Source: Octopus sinensis
Lineage: Eukaryota
Direction of reading: 5' to 3'
Length of the DNA: 64,000 nt
NCBI RefSeq assembly: GCF_006345805.1
Contig: NC_042997.1
Location: 115,072,001-115,136,000 of the forward strand
Shown here: positions 61,765-64,000 of the stretch, in pieces
How the letters are laid out: the number at the start of each line of letters is the position of its first letter
Numbering within the stretch: position 1 is the first letter of the stretch
Notes under the pieces: generated by a model
What the model was told of the DNA's origin: nothing
The model's input: the letters and a program-made list of their open reading frames with translations, nothing else
Databases searched by the model: none
Program-made: the position numbers and the translations under genes

Positions 61765-63419
61765 GTCTAACCCATGCCAGCATGGAAAGCAGACACTAAA
61801 TGATGATGATGTTGACCTGGGCAACCAAATCAGCTGTGGAGGCAAGTGCTTAGAAAGCATAGTGACCAGAATATTGGCAACAACGGAACTCTCTCTCTCT
61901 CTCTCTTTGAGAAAAGGGTAGGTATCACGGTACTTGGGTATTTAGTGTGCTACTGCGTGATAGTGAGACCTGAGTGTTGAATGTTGAGGATATGCAAAAG
62001 TTGAAGCAAGTACACTGTGCTGGATGTGCATTGTTAGTGTGCAGCAAGAGAGTACAGGTGAGATGAGAGACAAACCAGATATGGGAGGAGTTTTATGTAG
62101 TGTGTAAGGGGAAACAACAACATTGGTATGGATGGTGACATGTGGGTAAACAAGTGCCACATGGTGACATGTAGGTAAACACAGACACAACACATGTCTT
62201 GTGTTTACCCACAAGACATGTGGGTAAACAAGTGGATCTATGTGGAAGGAACCAGTGGAAAAATAAAAACCAAGAAGACATGGTCAAAAGTGGTGAAGAC
62301 TGATCTCAGGATGTTGATCTCCATAGCTCAATATCATCACTGTTTAGCATCTGTTTTCCATGCTGGCATGGGTTGGAAGCTCTGACAGGAGCTGGTGAGC
62401 TAGAGAATAGAATCAAGCTCCAGTGTCTGCTTTGGCGTAGTTTATACAGGTGGATGCCCTTTGTAATGTCGACCACAGTGTATATTGAGTGCTTTTTATG
62501 TGGCGCCAGCACCAGTGAGGTCACCATGTAATTTGCAAGAGAACAAGACCCCTCAACTGAGGGGTGTAGTATTGAGGGAGGTGGCTTTATGCCAGGTGAT
62601 GAGAGGTAAAACTACGATAAAGTGTCAGGAACAGGTATCCTGTCGTAGAGGAGACACATGGCTACCTCAGAAGAGAGAGATGATGATGGTGAAGATGCAA
62701 CCTCAAGTGACAGGAAGTTGAATAAAGAGAAGTGATAGAGAAGATTAAACAGGGTTAATGACTAAGGAGATAACAAAAGAATGCAACAAATAGTATGGCG
62801 ATATGTTGAAAAGGATTTATCCAACCCATGCAAACATGGAAAAGCAGACATAAAACTGATGAGAAGCAGGCTAATATGATGTGTTTCATGTAGTTTCTTT
62901 CTGCAAAATTTCATTCTTAATGTATTGGTGAACTTATGGCTACAATAGAAGACATTTGTCCAAGATATCATGCAGTGGGATTGAACCTGGATCCCTATGG
63001 TTGTAGATCAAACTTGCTAACCACACAGCTATGTCTGTGCCTTATATCTATTTCATATCCCTCGTTAAGATATTATCACTGTCAGCTGTTCTGTACACCC
63101 GAGAGTCCTGTTATCGTGTTTCATTCTGGATGTGACAGTCTGCTGTTTATCTGATCAAGCTGTGAAAACAGCAACACCAAAACACATGGAAGAATTTGGT
63201 GGGGTTTAAATGTTTTTTTTTAAATGGTCTCAGTCTGTGAACTGTGGTTTTTAGGGAGCATAATCTGGATTTTTTAAGTAATAACGGACACACACACACA
63301 CAAACAAAAAAACAATCTTTCTCTTAGCAATTATTGCTCATTAAGTTGCTGTTGTTATTTAACCACAGGTCAGTCCTGGAAGACAAGGCATTCAAATATA
63401 AACGTTTTGTCTTTCTGGA

Positions 63420-64000
63420 AAGCACATGAACAAAAACTAGAGTGGTTAGCAGATTCTTGGTAGATGGACGGCCTGCTGTGCTTACCTTGGATCGTAGGGC
63501 GACCTGCTGTGCTTGAGGAGACCTATTGAGTCAAGTACATCAACATCAAAAAATCAAATGGAAATTGTAGTTGCGATGCCTGTGTCGGTGGCACGTAAAA
63601 AGCACCATCCGAACATGGCCGATGCCAGCGCCGCCTTGACTGGCGATGATGATGATGAGATATGTCGCGTGTGTGTGCGAAAAGCAATGTGCTGGAGTAA
63701 GTGTCTATGCATATGTGTGTGCGTATGCATATATATGCATCTCACTGATGTATGTGTGTATATATGCATATATTCATGCACATATGGGCATATACGTGCT
63801 GGTGGCCTGTAAAAAGCACCATTCAAGTGTGTCCAATGCCAGTGCTACCTGACTAGCACCTGTGTCAGTGACACGTAAAAAGCACCATTCAAACATGGTT
63901 GATGCCAGTGCTGCCTCACTGGCTCCTGTGCCTGCAGCATGTAAAAAGCACCCACTACACTCTCAGAGTGGTTGGTGTTAGGAAGGGCATCCAGCTGTAG
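63420..64000 (+). mobile_element. Family D SINE-like repeats running off the window
   Basis: Multiple GGTGGCACGTAAAAAGCACC subrepeats and the GGAAGGGCATCCAGCTGTAG block. Confidence 0.75.

Overview
Intron/intergenic-type, AT- and microsatellite-rich eukaryotic DNA, most consistent with an octopus (coleoid cephalopod) genome; this is inferred from the repeat landscape, not from a database match. One host gene is supported: the first three coding exons of acetoacetyl-CoA synthetase (AACS, + strand: 40553-40667, 50645-50748, 52165-52282), and the gene continues beyond the window. Almost everything else is transposon-derived. DNA elements: a full-length but disrupted mariner, Tc1 and mariner deletion derivatives, Rep/Pif1 Helitron remnants, short non-autonomous Helitrons, a Helentron-like element, and hAT and piggyBac MITEs. 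Retroelements: R4/Dong-, CR1- and RTE-type LINE 3' ends, an LTR with a tRNA-Trp-like PBS, and at least five tRNA-derived SINE families in dozens of copies. The most notable unexplained signal is a recurrent class of ORF-less elements carrying type I hammerhead ribozyme motifs with palindromic stem III, in a direct-repeat plus 5'-inverted (foldback) layout next to (TA)n tracts. These are probably Penelope-like or retrozyme-like non-autonomous elements. One motif is fully canonical (3093-3169, minus), several are near-canonical or variant, and several are decayed. All structures were read by eye; no folding or database searches were run.
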